Positions 19,600 to 29,505 of a stretch of 64,000 nucleotides of DNA are shown piece by piece. The position numbers and the translations under genes were made by a program. How positions within the stretch are numbered: the stretch's first letter is position 1; each line of letters opens with the position of its first letter. The notes beneath the pieces are model-generated. The model was not told where the DNA came from. It saw only the letters and a list, made by a program, of their open reading frames with translations, and ran no database searches. Source of the DNA: Candidatus Sericytochromatia bacterium (GTDB lineage: Bacteria; Cyanobacteriota; Sericytochromatia; S15B-MN24; VGJW01); NCBI GenBank assembly GCA_035285865.1, contig JAYKHS010000030.1, positions 96,001 to 160,000 on the forward strand, read 5' to 3'.

Positions 19600-20235
19600 T
19601 CAGGCCTTGCCGGCCTTGGCTGGAGTCCTGCCGCTCACACCCGCCAGGGCATGCCGGACGGCTTCGGCCGCAACCTCGATGTCGGCTTCGGTGCCGGAGA
19701 GGTAGAGGCGCCCGAATGCACCGAAGGCCCTGACCTCAAGCAGGTGGATGCGCGCCGCCTTCTCGGCCTCGTTGGCCGCAAGCAGTGCATAGCCTGCCGG
19801 ATGTGTCTCCATGACGAAGTAGGTCTGACCCTCGAGGATCAGGTCCCCGTGCCGCATCCTGTTCACCAGCATTGCATGGTGGGGCGCGATGCCCGTCAGG
19901 GTCTGGGCCGAGACGACGGAGGGGGCAAGTCGGTCGCTCTCCTGCATCCCGAGGTGGTCGAGGATGGCTCTGCCCGCTTCGCGGACCATGCCCTGATCGA
20001 AGCTGTGCAGTTCGAGGCAGCCGTACTCCCTCTCGACGATCTGCATGCCCGGTTCAACACGCGCAGCCTTGAGCGCCGCGTCAGCCAGGATGTTGATCTC
20101 GATGCCCGGTGAGATCTCGACGAACAAGGAAGCCTGTCCCTCTTGAGGCAGGTAGCCTTGCGACACGGTCGCCAGGAAGCCCGCCAACTGGGGCTGAAGC
20201 ACATCCAGATAGACCAGGGTCCGCAGGTCGGCCAT
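19600..20235 (-). CDS. bacterial microcompartment shell protein, tandem-domain BMC-T (CcmP/CsoS1D-like)
   Basis: LRTLVYLDVLQPQ, EISPGIEIN, ERxYGxLExHS, PAGYALLAANEAEKAA and GAFGRLYL, as in CcmP-type double-stacking trimers. Confidence 0.9.
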   Translation of the reverse strand: MADLRTLVYLDVLQPQLAGFLATVSQGYLPQEGQASLFVEISPGIEINILADAALKAARVEPGMQIVEREYGCLELHSFDQGMVREAGRAILDHLGMQESDRLAPSVVSAQTLTGIAPHHAMLVNRMRHGDLILEGQTYFVMETHPAGYALLAANEAEKAARIHLLEVRAFGAFGRLYLSGTEADIEVAAEAVRHALAGVSGRTPAKAGKA

Positions 20236-20330
20236 CGGGAGCTCCTTTGTGCGGTGGACTTGGATGGGATCCTATGCCTCTGGCCGCATGGGGTCAAGAA
20301 TTGCGCCGGTCGACCTGCTAGGATCGCGAC

Positions 20331-22214
20331 ATGGTGCGTGATGAGGTGCTGGCGTGCAGCGGCTGCGGAAACTTGCCGCCCGCTCGGGCCCGCTGCTGTC
20401 CGGACTGCGGGGCGGTCCGACTCGTCTTGCCGAGCGTGGGCAGTGTCCTGCAGGGGCGCTGGCAGGTCACGGCCCGGCTTCATGACGATGTCTGGGGCAG
20501 TGCCGTCCATGAAGCCGAGGATGTTCGCGTGCACGGGCGGCGTGTCCTGATCCGGCAATGGGCCCGTCCGTTCGAGGGTGTGTCGGCGGATCGACGGTGG
20601 CGCCTGCTCGAGGCCCGCGCCGGAACGGATGTCCCGTCGCTGCCGGCCTGGTACGACCTTTACGCCGAGGCCGAGTCCTGGTGGGCCGTGGAAGCGCGGG
20701 TACCCTGGCATGCACTCGAGGTCGGCTGGGCGATGCCCGCCGGTGCGCTGCTGCGTGTGGCTTCAGGTCTCATCGAGGCGCTCGAGGCACTTCACGCCGC
20801 TGGTCTGGATGCCGATGCACCCGTCATCGAGGACCTTCGTCTCGATCCGGATGGTGAGGCCATTCTGCTCGCGAGGGGCGGTTGGCAGCGCTGGTCGTGG
20901 CATCCACTGGGCAAGGGGCCCGAGGAAGAGGATGCCGGGCAGCGGGCCCGTGCGGATCTCGCTGCCGTGGCCGCCATCCTGCGCGGGGCTCTGGATGGTC
21001 CTTGTGACGACGCCTTGGAGAGCCTGCTGCTGGAGATGGAGCGCGCGCCGCTGCCCGGTGGGGCGGCTGGGGCGGGTTTCCTGCAGGGCCGGGCGGTCCT
21101 GCTGTCCGTACCTCGGCCTGCGGCCGAAGAATCGGCCCCTGTTCCCGTCCAGCCATCCGGAGGCGAGCCTTCTGCCGCGTGGCGCCTTGCTCGTGGCCTC
21201 GAGACCCTCTGGCGGCAGCCACTCTCCGTTCCCGTCGATGCCGTTGTCCCGCTTGGCGACACGCACTTGGGGACGTGGGATCGTGAAGGCGTCCTGACGT
21301 TGCGGCGCTGGGGCGATGGGGCCGAAGTCTGGAGTCGTCCGGCTCCGGCACCGGGCCTTGCGCCTGCAGGCGGGGTGTTCTTCGGGGGCAGGTGGTGCAT
21401 GGCGGCTCAGGACACGTTGGTCGCCGTCGGTCTCCAGACGGCTGAACCCGAGTGGATGATCGACGTGCGGGGCCTGCGGGCGCGGGACCAATTGGCGGTT
21501 GCCGGTGGCCTGCTGGTCGTCGCGGATCCCGTTGAACGCATGCATCTCGCCTGGGATGTCACGGGAAGACCTGTCTGGCAGGCCTCCTTCGGCAAGGCTC
21601 GAGCCCATCTGGACGTGGAAGCGCTTGATCGGCTCGACGGTCGGGTGCGCTGGGCGGTGGCCGACAACCTTCTGGCGTGGGCCTTCAAGGGCAGGATGGG
21701 GGTCCGGGACGTCCTGACCGGCACGGCCCTGTGGGAGGAGGATCTGCCCTCGGGTCCCGAAGGAGCCTCCCGGCAAGCGCTTGTTTGCATCGGCGAAGGG
21801 GTCATGGCCATCGTCGATCGCGGGGGCAAGGCCTGGTTGCACGATGCAAGGACGGGGACCGCCCTGTGGCACCAGCATGCGCAGCCGGGCGGAATTGATC
21901 TCGAGGCTCCGTGCGTCCTCGACGGCCAGCTCGTGCTGTCTGCTTCTCCGTGGAAGTGGGCCGCTCTGGATCTAAGGACGGGCGAACGACAGTGGGCCCT
22001 GCACGTCGGGGGCACGAGCCTCACGCTGCGACCGGCCCCGCCGTCCTTGTTGGCCCAGGGGGCATCGGGGCCCCTGCTGCGCGTGGAGCCCCGCAGCGGA
22101 CGGATCCTCGAACAGGCCGACCCCGGCTGCGCCATGACGGGCGGTCCCTGGATCATGCCGGACGGAGGCATCCTTTCCGTTCTCGAGGACTCCCTCCTCG
22201 CGGCCTTCCGTTAG
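20331..22214 (+). CDS. zinc ribbon + degenerate kinase-like domain + PQQ-like beta-propeller
   Basis: CSGC..CPDCG; GSVLQGRWQV kinase-like N-lobe; Trp-docking repeats DARTGTALW, DLRTGERQW, DVLTGTALW. Confidence 0.7.
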   Translation: MVRDEVLACSGCGNLPPARARCCPDCGAVRLVLPSVGSVLQGRWQVTARLHDDVWGSAVHEAEDVRVHGRRVLIRQWARPFEGVSADRRWRLLEARAGTDVPSLPAWYDLYAEAESWWAVEARVPWHALEVGWAMPAGALLRVASGLIEALEALHAAGLDADAPVIEDLRLDPDGEAILLARGGWQRWSWHPLGKGPEEEDAGQRARADLAAVAAILRGALDGPCDDALESLLLEMERAPLPGGAAGAGFLQGRAVLLSVPRPAAEESAPVPVQPSGGEPSAAWRLARGLETLWRQPLSVPVDAVVPLGDTHLGTWDREGVLTLRRWGDGAEVWSRPAPAPGLAPAGGVFFGGRWCMAAQDTLVAVGLQTAEPEWMIDVRGLRARDQLAVAGGLLVVADPVERMHLAWDVTGRPVWQASFGKARAHLDVEALDRLDGRVRWAVADNLLAWAFKGRMGVRDVLTGTALWEEDLPSGPEGASRQALVCIGEGVMAIVDRGGKAWLHDARTGTALWHQHAQPGGIDLEAPCVLDGQLVLSASPWKWAALDLRTGERQWALHVGGTSLTLRPAPPSLLAQGASGPLLRVEPRSGRILEQADPGCAMTGGPWIMPDGGILSVLEDSLLAAFR

Positions 22215-22223
22215 GATGGAGGG

Positions 22224-23294
22224 ATGAACGTCCAGGCTGCCGTCGCGTCCTTCTGGCTCTGGCTGGTGTCGCTGCAGGGGCCGCAGCTACCGCCACGGGT
22301 CGAGGCTCCGGAGGTCGTGCGGCACCAGGTCTGTCATCCGGGTTTGATGTCGGAGGGGATGTGGGAGTCCCCGGTCATGGCTTCCGGCGTGGCCATCCGG
22401 GAGGCCTGGCCCTCCTGGCAGGTGCGCGCTCCCGAAGGAACCTCCGTTCACCTCGCCTTGCGATTCCGTAGGGTTGCTGCCGATTCGTGGAGCCCGTGGC
22501 TTACGGCAGGTCACTGGGGCGAGGATGCCCCGGCCCCCGAGGACGAGGCGACGACATCGGCTGGCGTGCTTGTCGACGTGGACACGGTGGTTTGCCGTGT
22601 TCCCCAGGCGTGGTTCCAGTGGCGTGTCGTGAGCCGGGTGCGTGGCGCGGCGGAGCCTCCGTTCGTCGATCGGTTGGTCCTTGCCACGGCTGGTGCACCC
22701 CTGGGCGACGGGCCATTGCCCGCCGACCCCCTCGCACCACCCGCCCGCCCCGGATGGAGGGGCATCGTGATGGTCCCCTATCGGGATCAGGGTACCGACG
22801 TACCCCGCATGAAGGGCTCGCTGTGTTCGCCAACGACGACGTGGATGGCCCTTGCCTCTGTCGGGCGTACGGATGGAACGCTCGAGTCCTTTGCGAGCCG
22901 GGTTTACGACAGCCGTCATGACCTCTTCGGTGTTTGGCCCAGAGCCACTGCTGCGGCTGCCGAGCGGGGGCTGTCCGGGTACGTCACCCGGCTGTCCGGC
23001 ATCGAGGCCTTGCGGGATCATCTGGCGGCAGGACACCTGATTGGCGCGAGCATCCGCTACGCCGAGGGGCAGCTCAAGCGCCCGCCGGCCTTGCCCGCGA
23101 CCAAGGGACACCTCATCCTGCTTCGCGGCATCCGGGCAGACGGGGCCATCGTGGCCAACGATCCGGCCACTCCGGGCTCCGGCGATGGCTTCGCCTGGCT
23201 TCCCGAGGACCTCGAGTCTGCCTGGATCGGTCGTTCTGCCGGTGGCATCGCCTACGTGTTCGAGCGTGCCGAGACGCTCGGGGGCAGCCCCTGA
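22224..23294 (+). CDS. C39-like peptidase family protein
   Basis: VPYRDQ...LCSPTT, GHLILLRG and NDPA (Cys-His-Asp). Confidence 0.8.
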   Translation: MNVQAAVASFWLWLVSLQGPQLPPRVEAPEVVRHQVCHPGLMSEGMWESPVMASGVAIREAWPSWQVRAPEGTSVHLALRFRRVAADSWSPWLTAGHWGEDAPAPEDEATTSAGVLVDVDTVVCRVPQAWFQWRVVSRVRGAAEPPFVDRLVLATAGAPLGDGPLPADPLAPPARPGWRGIVMVPYRDQGTDVPRMKGSLCSPTTTWMALASVGRTDGTLESFASRVYDSRHDLFGVWPRATAAAAERGLSGYVTRLSGIEALRDHLAAGHLIGASIRYAEGQLKRPPALPATKGHLILLRGIRADGAIVANDPATPGSGDGFAWLPEDLESAWIGRSAGGIAYVFERAETLGGSP

Positions 23295-25165
23295 TGCTCC
23301 GCTTCCGTCCTGTTGCGGTGATTCCGGTCCTCTTGTGCTTCGGTCTCGGGCTGCCAGCTTCTGGCGCCGAGGCCAGCCGCACCTCGCCCCTCGTCCGCAC
23401 TTACCTTGGTGTGCGTGGCCATCGGGCCGTGACCTTCTCGCCCGACGGGCGTTCCCTGGTGTTCACCTCGACCGTGACCGGGACGGCGCAACTCTGGACC
23501 GTCCCCATCCAGGGCGGCTGGCCCCAGCCGTTGACGCAGGAAGCCGAACCTGTCAGCGAGGCGATTCGACTGCCCGGGCGCTACCTGACAACTGTCGATG
23601 AGGGTGGCAATGAACGGCGCCGGCTGGCCTGGTTGCCCTTGGAAGGCGGAGCGCTGCGGACCTATGCGTGGGCTTCCGGCTCCATCCAGGTTCCCGGTCC
23701 CGTGACCCGGGACGGTCGGTTGCTGGCTTACGCGACCAACGAGCGGGATGCGCGGCGTTTCGATCTGCATCTGCTGGAGCCCGCGAGTGGGCGCTCGCGA
23801 CGTATCCTCGAAGGCGACGGGACCCTGCGGGCGGCGACCTGGCTCAAGGATGGGGAGCTGCTGGTCTATCATCAGGCGCGGACGCCGACGGACGAGGACT
23901 TCCATCTGCTGGATCTGCGTTCGCGCATGGTCCGTCCCCTGACGGAGCGACCTGGAGCGGCGATCTACCGCGGCGTTCATCGGGCCGCCAACGGCAACCT
24001 CTGGCTGGTCTCCGACGAGGGACGCGAGTTCGCCGGCCTGGCCACCCTCGATCCTGCACGTCCCGGCCTGCGATTCCTGGGCCCGGACGGACCGGAGACG
24101 GTCTCGGATCTTGTGCTGTCCGAGGACGGAACCCAGGCGGCCTGGATCAGGAACCTGGAGGGGTGGTCCGAACTGTGGGTCTCGGCGACGGACGCCCCGA
24201 AGCCGCGCCGCATCGAATCTCTGCCGGCGGGCGTTCTCGGAGGCCCGGTCTGGTCGGCGGATGGCAAGCGGTTGGCCATCACCCTGTCGACTCCTGTCTC
24301 ACCTCCTGATGCATGGCTGGTCGACCCGGCGACAGGCGTCAGTCGGCGGGTGACGCATGCTGCGCTGGGCGGCCTGCGTACCGATCTCTTCGTGCGGCCC
24401 GAGCGCGTGCTGGTGCCCAGTTTCGACAAGCGCGCGGTACCTGCATGGCGCTATCGCCCGCCAGGCCTGAAGCCCGGGCAGCGGGCCCCGTGGCTGGTCA
24501 TCGTGCACGGTGGGCCCGAGGGTGAGGAGCGTCCTTCCTTCTCCGCCGCCATCCAACTGCATCTGGCCCGCGGTTGGGGGGTCCTCGCACCCAATATCCG
24601 TGGCAGTACGGGCATGGGCAGGTCGTGGAGCCATCTGGATGACGGCAGGAAGCGACCTGATGCGCTCGCCGACATGGCCGCTCTGGCGACGTGGTTGCGT
24701 CGTCAGCCTGACGTGGACGCGCGGCGCGTCGTCGTGACGGGTGGCAGTTATGGCGGCTACGTGACGATGGCTTGCCTCGCCTTCCAGCCGGACCTGTGGG
24801 CCGGAGGGGTCTCCTCAGTGGGCATGAGCAGTCTCGTGACGTTCCTCGAGCGGACAGGCCCCTGGCGCAGAGCATTGCGCGAGGCCGAATACGGCAGCCT
24901 TGAGCGCGACAGGGATTTTCTGGTCCACTGGTCCCCCCTGACCCACGTGGATCGCATCCGAGCTCCGCTCTTCCTCATCCAGGGGGTGCAGGATCCTCGG
25001 GTGCCCGTGGGCGAGGCGCGCCAGATGGCCGAGGCTCTTCGGTTGCGCGACAGGCAGGTGCGCCTCCTCGAGTTCGAGGACGAGGGGCACGGTCTCGGGA
25101 AGTTCTCGAACCGGGTCACGGCGCTCGACCAGACGTTGCAGTTCCTCGACGCGCTGGCTCATTGA
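23294..25165 (+). CDS. S9 family (prolyl oligopeptidase/acylaminoacyl) peptidase, secreted
   Basis: signal peptide, beta-propeller, VHGGPE, GGSYGG, DPRVP and DEGHG. Confidence 0.92.
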   Translation: MLRFRPVAVIPVLLCFGLGLPASGAEASRTSPLVRTYLGVRGHRAVTFSPDGRSLVFTSTVTGTAQLWTVPIQGGWPQPLTQEAEPVSEAIRLPGRYLTTVDEGGNERRRLAWLPLEGGALRTYAWASGSIQVPGPVTRDGRLLAYATNERDARRFDLHLLEPASGRSRRILEGDGTLRAATWLKDGELLVYHQARTPTDEDFHLLDLRSRMVRPLTERPGAAIYRGVHRAANGNLWLVSDEGREFAGLATLDPARPGLRFLGPDGPETVSDLVLSEDGTQAAWIRNLEGWSELWVSATDAPKPRRIESLPAGVLGGPVWSADGKRLAITLSTPVSPPDAWLVDPATGVSRRVTHAALGGLRTDLFVRPERVLVPSFDKRAVPAWRYRPPGLKPGQRAPWLVIVHGGPEGEERPSFSAAIQLHLARGWGVLAPNIRGSTGMGRSWSHLDDGRKRPDALADMAALATWLRRQPDVDARRVVVTGGSYGGYVTMACLAFQPDLWAGGVSSVGMSSLVTFLERTGPWRRALREAEYGSLERDRDFLVHWSPLTHVDRIRAPLFLIQGVQDPRVPVGEARQMAEALRLRDRQVRLLEFEDEGHGLGKFSNRVTALDQTLQFLDALAH

Positions 25166-25249
25166 AGGATTCTTGGGCTGGACTTCAGGTTGCCTTAAAC
25201 GATCCGGCGTCGGCACTGCCCGATAACTTCCGCATCAGGAGGTGTCCGC

Positions 25250-26323
25250 GTGCCGCAATCGATTCAGCGAGGGGCTGCCCCGGGTACTCGCCCTACCTCG
25301 GCTGGGACCGTCGTGGTTCGCGACAAGGACACTCTCTGGGGCCTTGCGCAGCGTCACCTCGGTGATGGTCGCCGCTGGCGCGAGATCGAGGCGGCAAACC
25401 AGACTCTGCTGGGGAGAACGGGCGGTTTCATCCGCCCCGGCATGGCCCTGCGTCTGCCGGGAGCGGAAGTTGCCCGCCCTACCCCTGCACCCGCGCCTGT
25501 TGCCACCCCTGCTCCTGCGGCGAGACGGCCCGCCCCAGTCCCCGGGACCACCTCTCCTGTGCCGGCCGGAGGGCGCCCAGCGGCGCCGGTATCGATGCCG
25601 GGCATGGCGGGTGACCGCTTCGTGCGTTCGCGTCCTCTCGATGACCAGGGCCGCTGGACGCGCGAGACCTCCGCACGCTTCTCTGCTTTCGTGCCCGGCC
25701 ACATCGCGCGCCTGCGGCAGGAGCGCACCGAAGTGGACTGCGCGGACCTCGCCGCCAAGCTGCTGAGCGACTTTTCCAAGCAGGAGCAGCTTCCGAATCC
25801 GGTGGACCGGGCCGGCACGTGGCATCGCTACGACAAGGCCAATCCCGGCGGACTGCCCAACGTGCAAGGACCCAACTTCTTCCTGTCCCGCGTGAATGCG
25901 GACAATCTCGCGAAGCAGTTCACCCGTCCCATACCGGATCATGACCTTGACGGCATCGCGGGAGCCGATCGCCGGACCGGCCGGGTCGACGTGGATGATC
26001 TCGAGCCCGGCGATATCCTCTTCTACGACTGGGATGGCGATGGCGTGGTCAACCACACCGTCAACTTTGTCGAGCGCAAGGAAGACGGCACCGTAGTGCT
26101 TGCCTTCGGCTCCTATGACAATCTGTCCCGTGACGGGCAGCCGTTGACCTGGTCCACGCTGGACCTGACGCCGATCGAATTGCTCGAGCTCAAGCCCGGT
26201 ACCGCAGACTTCGATCAGTGGCTGGGCGAGGGCAGCCGGCTCTGGGGCGCGCGCCGTTATGCCTTCCGGCCTTCAGGCGTTGCCGACGAGGCTCCCGGAG
26301 CGGTCCGGATGTCCGCGCGCTGA
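25250..26323 (+). CDS. LysM domain protein with C-terminal papain-like amidase (NlpC/P60/Amidase_6-like) domain
   Basis: VVRDKDTLWGLAQRHLGDGRRWREIEAAN...IRPGMALRLP (LysM); DCADL...GDILFYDWDGDGVVNH. Confidence 0.75.
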   Translation: MPQSIQRGAAPGTRPTSAGTVVVRDKDTLWGLAQRHLGDGRRWREIEAANQTLLGRTGGFIRPGMALRLPGAEVARPTPAPAPVATPAPAARRPAPVPGTTSPVPAGGRPAAPVSMPGMAGDRFVRSRPLDDQGRWTRETSARFSAFVPGHIARLRQERTEVDCADLAAKLLSDFSKQEQLPNPVDRAGTWHRYDKANPGGLPNVQGPNFFLSRVNADNLAKQFTRPIPDHDLDGIAGADRRTGRVDVDDLEPGDILFYDWDGDGVVNHTVNFVERKEDGTVVLAFGSYDNLSRDGQPLTWSTLDLTPIELLELKPGTADFDQWLGEGSRLWGARRYAFRPSGVADEAPGAVRMSAR

Positions 26324-27546
26324 GCGGCGTACCGCCTCAGTTCGGGCGTCGTTGCGGCAGCCAACGCCGCGAGCATGAGAATGGCAGCCCCGCCCAAGCT
26401 GACGGCCTGTGCAGGGCCTAGCCATCGCGCCACGGCACCTGCTTCTGCTTCACCGAGTTGGGGGCCGCCGATGTAGAACATCATGCCGATGCTGGTGACG
26501 CGTCCCCGCAGGGCGTCGGGTGTCCTGGCCTGACGCAGGTGGGCACGGATGACGGTGCTGATGCTGTCGGCTCCGCCCGCGACGACGAGACAGGCCAGCG
26601 CCGGCACCAACGCAGTCATCTGTCCGAAGCACAGCCACGCCCCACCATATACGGCAATCATCCCGAGGAAGATAGGCCCTTCCCTCCGGATTGGGGGCAT
26701 TGTCGAGAGCAGGACAGCCGCGAGCGAGGCGCCAAGCGGCTGGGCGGCCATGAGCAGACCGACCTCGCGGGCACCACCGTGATGGACTTGTTCCGCGATG
26801 GCCGGCATCAGCATCGTCGACGCACCGAGGAAGGTGGATGCGAAATCGATGATCATCGTGGTCCAGAGCATCCGATCCGCCATCATGAACCGCCAGCCTT
26901 CCAGCCAGGCACCAAGCCCCGACTGGAACGGGCCCTCGGTCGAAACTTCCGGACGAATCGCCGGCAACCGGGCGAGGGCACCCAGGACCGCCAAGTAGGA
27001 GGCGGAATCGAGCGCGTGGATCATCGCCGCACCCGAGCCGCCGGCGAGCAGCAGGCCGCCGATCATCGGTCCCGCGACCGCCGCGAGTTGCCAGCCCGAT
27101 ACGCTGAGCGACAGGGCGTGGGCCAGGCGATCAGCAGGGACAAGCGCGGGTACGAGCGCGCCGCGTGCCGGGTTGTCGCAGGCAACGGCAGCGGCATGCA
27201 GGGCGACCAGCCCAAGCAGGATCGGTGTCTCAAGACGATTGGCCAGAGTCAGCAGCAGGAAAGCCACGGCAACTGCCGCCATGGTCCCCTGCGTGGCGAG
27301 CATGAGCTTGCGCCTGTCACGGCTGTCGGCGAGTACGCCGCCAACGGGTGCGAGGACAAGGATGGGCAGGGCCTTTGCGAGGCCCATGGCTCCCATGAGC
27401 AGCGGATCGTGGGTCAGGGACCAGAGCTGCCAGGCCAGGGCAACCTGTTGCATCTGCGTGCCGAGGCTCGAGGTCGCCTGACCCAGCAGCAGCCGCCGGA
27501 AGTCAGGGATCGCCCAGGCTGACCACTTGCGGCTTTCGCCTACCAT
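26257..27546 (-). CDS. MFS transporter (EntS/MFS_3-like)
   Basis: GGVLADSRDRRKLM and TPDALRGRV motifs; about 12 hydrophobic segments. Confidence 0.9.
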   Translation of the reverse strand: MVGESRKWSAWAIPDFRRLLLGQATSSLGTQMQQVALAWQLWSLTHDPLLMGAMGLAKALPILVLAPVGGVLADSRDRRKLMLATQGTMAAVAVAFLLLTLANRLETPILLGLVALHAAAVACDNPARGALVPALVPADRLAHALSLSVSGWQLAAVAGPMIGGLLLAGGSGAAMIHALDSASYLAVLGALARLPAIRPEVSTEGPFQSGLGAWLEGWRFMMADRMLWTTMIIDFASTFLGASTMLMPAIAEQVHHGGAREVGLLMAAQPLGASLAAVLLSTMPPIRREGPIFLGMIAVYGGAWLCFGQMTALVPALACLVVAGGADSISTVIRAHLRQARTPDALRGRVTSIGMMFYIGGPQLGEAEAGAVARWLGPAQAVSLGGAAILMLAALAAATTPELRRYAAQRADIRTAPGASSATPEGRKA

Positions 27547-27634
27547 CGGGACCTTGCCTCGGATTCCCGGGTCGGATTGTCGACCTTGCGGTTCAATCTC
27601 CGGCCAGCCGTTTCACGAGGTGGCGCGGTCCCAC

Positions 27635-29359
27635 CTAGCGGACGCGTGAGATGATCCGACCGACTTCAGGCATCAGTTGGCGCTTGGCCCGGATGTGGGC
27701 GATGAGGGCATCGCGCTGAAGGACCTGGAGGTCGCGGCGGGTCTTGCCGGGCAGCATCGCGAATCCTGCCCCGCCTTCCGCCATGTAGTCCGTCACGACC
27801 ACCTTGTAGGTGCGGTTCTCGTCGAAGGCCTTGCCCCCGATCTTGATGGACGCGATGTCGCCATTGGCTTGGACCACGTACGTGGCGCCGGCGATGGCAT
27901 GCCGCTTGCGCTCGTTGGGGCGGCGCTGGATGCGAAGCACCTCGCGGGCCGTCTTGCCGTCCACGGTCATGGCCACGAGCTTGTTGTCGAAGGGGAGCGC
28001 GTAGAAGGCATCCTCGATGCGGATCTGTCCGTGGAGGATGTGGTTGCGCGGCGTACCGCTGCTCGACACGGCGAAGTCGATGGTCGGGTCGAGCGTTCGG
28101 GCAGCCGCCAGGGACGCATCGGCAATCAGGTTGTTGAGGCTCGACTCGACAGCGCCGGTGGAGTAACGCTTGAAGTCGCCATTGGCCGTGCCGATGACTT
28201 CCTTGACCACGCTGTCGACGCGCGTCTTGTACGGGGCGATGGCCGCCTCCACGGCGGGATCCGGACGCACCGTGCGATCGAGGGGAATCAGGTTGTTCTG
28301 GTAGGCTTCGACCCGGCCGTCACGCAGCGTCAAGTCGAGCTTGCCGAGGAAGCCCCCGCCGAAGCCGGGAGACACGATCAGACAACGCTCGCCGTTGGTC
28401 TCGAAAACCTTGGGGCGCTTGATCATCACGTGGGTATGTCCGCTGACGAGGACGTCGATGCCGGGCACCTTGGCCGCGATGGTCTCGTCCGTGACGTGGT
28501 CGCCTTCAGACGCGGCCGCGTCCGAGGCATGCTCGTCGGCGTGGTCGCGTTCGTGCTCGTCAGCCCAGGGCGGAACGGTGCCGACGTGGGAGATGCACAC
28601 CACGACATCGGCTTCCCGACGCAGGCGCTCCACCACGGCGCGCGCAGTGGCCAGCGGGTCGTAGTAGGTCGCGCTCTGGAAGTTGGGCGGGGCGATCAGG
28701 CCATCGACCTCGGTCAGCAGACCGAAGATGCCGACGCGAAGTTTACCTGCCTTGACAACGGTGTAGCGGCTGGCGAATTCGGGGTTGAAGGTCACGTTCG
28801 ACGTGACGGGCCGGCTCTTGTAGAAGCCCATGGCGCGGCGTAGGTCATCCACCCCATTGTCGAACTCGTGGTTGCCGATGGTCAGCGCGCTGAAGCCCAG
28901 CATGCTCATCAGGCGCATCTCGGCTTCGCCCTTGAAGAAGTTGAAGTACGGGGTGCCCTGGAGGTAGTCCCCGGAATCCACCAATATCGACTGCGGCTGC
29001 TGCGCGCGGAGCTCGGCTGCCTTGGTCGCCAGACGCGCGAAGCCGCCCTTGCCGGCGTACATCGAGTAGTAGTAGTTGTCGGCAAATGGCTCGATCCGCG
29101 AGTGTATGTCGCTGGTATACAGGACCGAGAACGGCACGGGCTGGCCCGCCAGCGTCGGATCGGCGGGTACCTCAGGAGCCTGGCCGAGATCCGGAAATCC
29201 CGGTGTGACGGGAATGCCGTTGGCGCGGTATTTGAGCGCCCGGTTGCCCGAAGGCAGGTAGCCGGGGTTCGAGCCCCCGCAGCCGGCCAAGATGACGGCT
29301 GCCAATCCGCCCGCGAGGAGGGTGGATGCGGCACGACGGGAAGATTGCGCGATGGCCAT
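27635..29359 (-). CDS. bifunctional metallophosphatase/5'-nucleotidase lipoprotein
   Basis: lipobox ILAGC; TSDIHS, DSGD, GNHEFD, SGHTH, LPFDN and DYMAEGG motifs. Confidence 0.9.
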   Translation of the reverse strand: MAIAQSSRRAASTLLAGGLAAVILAGCGGSNPGYLPSGNRALKYRANGIPVTPGFPDLGQAPEVPADPTLAGQPVPFSVLYTSDIHSRIEPFADNYYYSMYAGKGGFARLATKAAELRAQQPQSILVDSGDYLQGTPYFNFFKGEAEMRLMSMLGFSALTIGNHEFDNGVDDLRRAMGFYKSRPVTSNVTFNPEFASRYTVVKAGKLRVGIFGLLTEVDGLIAPPNFQSATYYDPLATARAVVERLRREADVVVCISHVGTVPPWADEHERDHADEHASDAAASEGDHVTDETIAAKVPGIDVLVSGHTHVMIKRPKVFETNGERCLIVSPGFGGGFLGKLDLTLRDGRVEAYQNNLIPLDRTVRPDPAVEAAIAPYKTRVDSVVKEVIGTANGDFKRYSTGAVESSLNNLIADASLAAARTLDPTIDFAVSSSGTPRNHILHGQIRIEDAFYALPFDNKLVAMTVDGKTAREVLRIQRRPNERKRHAIAGATYVVQANGDIASIKIGGKAFDENRTYKVVVTDYMAEGGAGFAMLPGKTRRDLQVLQRDALIAHIRAKRQLMPEVGRIISRVR

Positions 29360-29505
29360 GCTTTTCTTATCCCGACCTTAGCCGATTTCTGAACCTAATT
29401 TCACGTTAAGTTACGTGCACCTTCTCCGGGGCTTGGCGCAATGTCTTGCCCCCGTTTCGCGGGCGTGGGACCATGCGGCGCAACGATGCATCTGGAGGCC
29501 CGCCG

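Noticed and set aside
19430..19600. tRNA-Leu as an integration site of a genomic island
   Set aside because: No integrase, no duplicated tRNA 3' end noticed, and no compositional shift nearby
26257..26323. 67-bp convergent overlap of the LysM and MFS 3' ends
   Set aside because: Both tails are low-information; common in compact high-GC genomes
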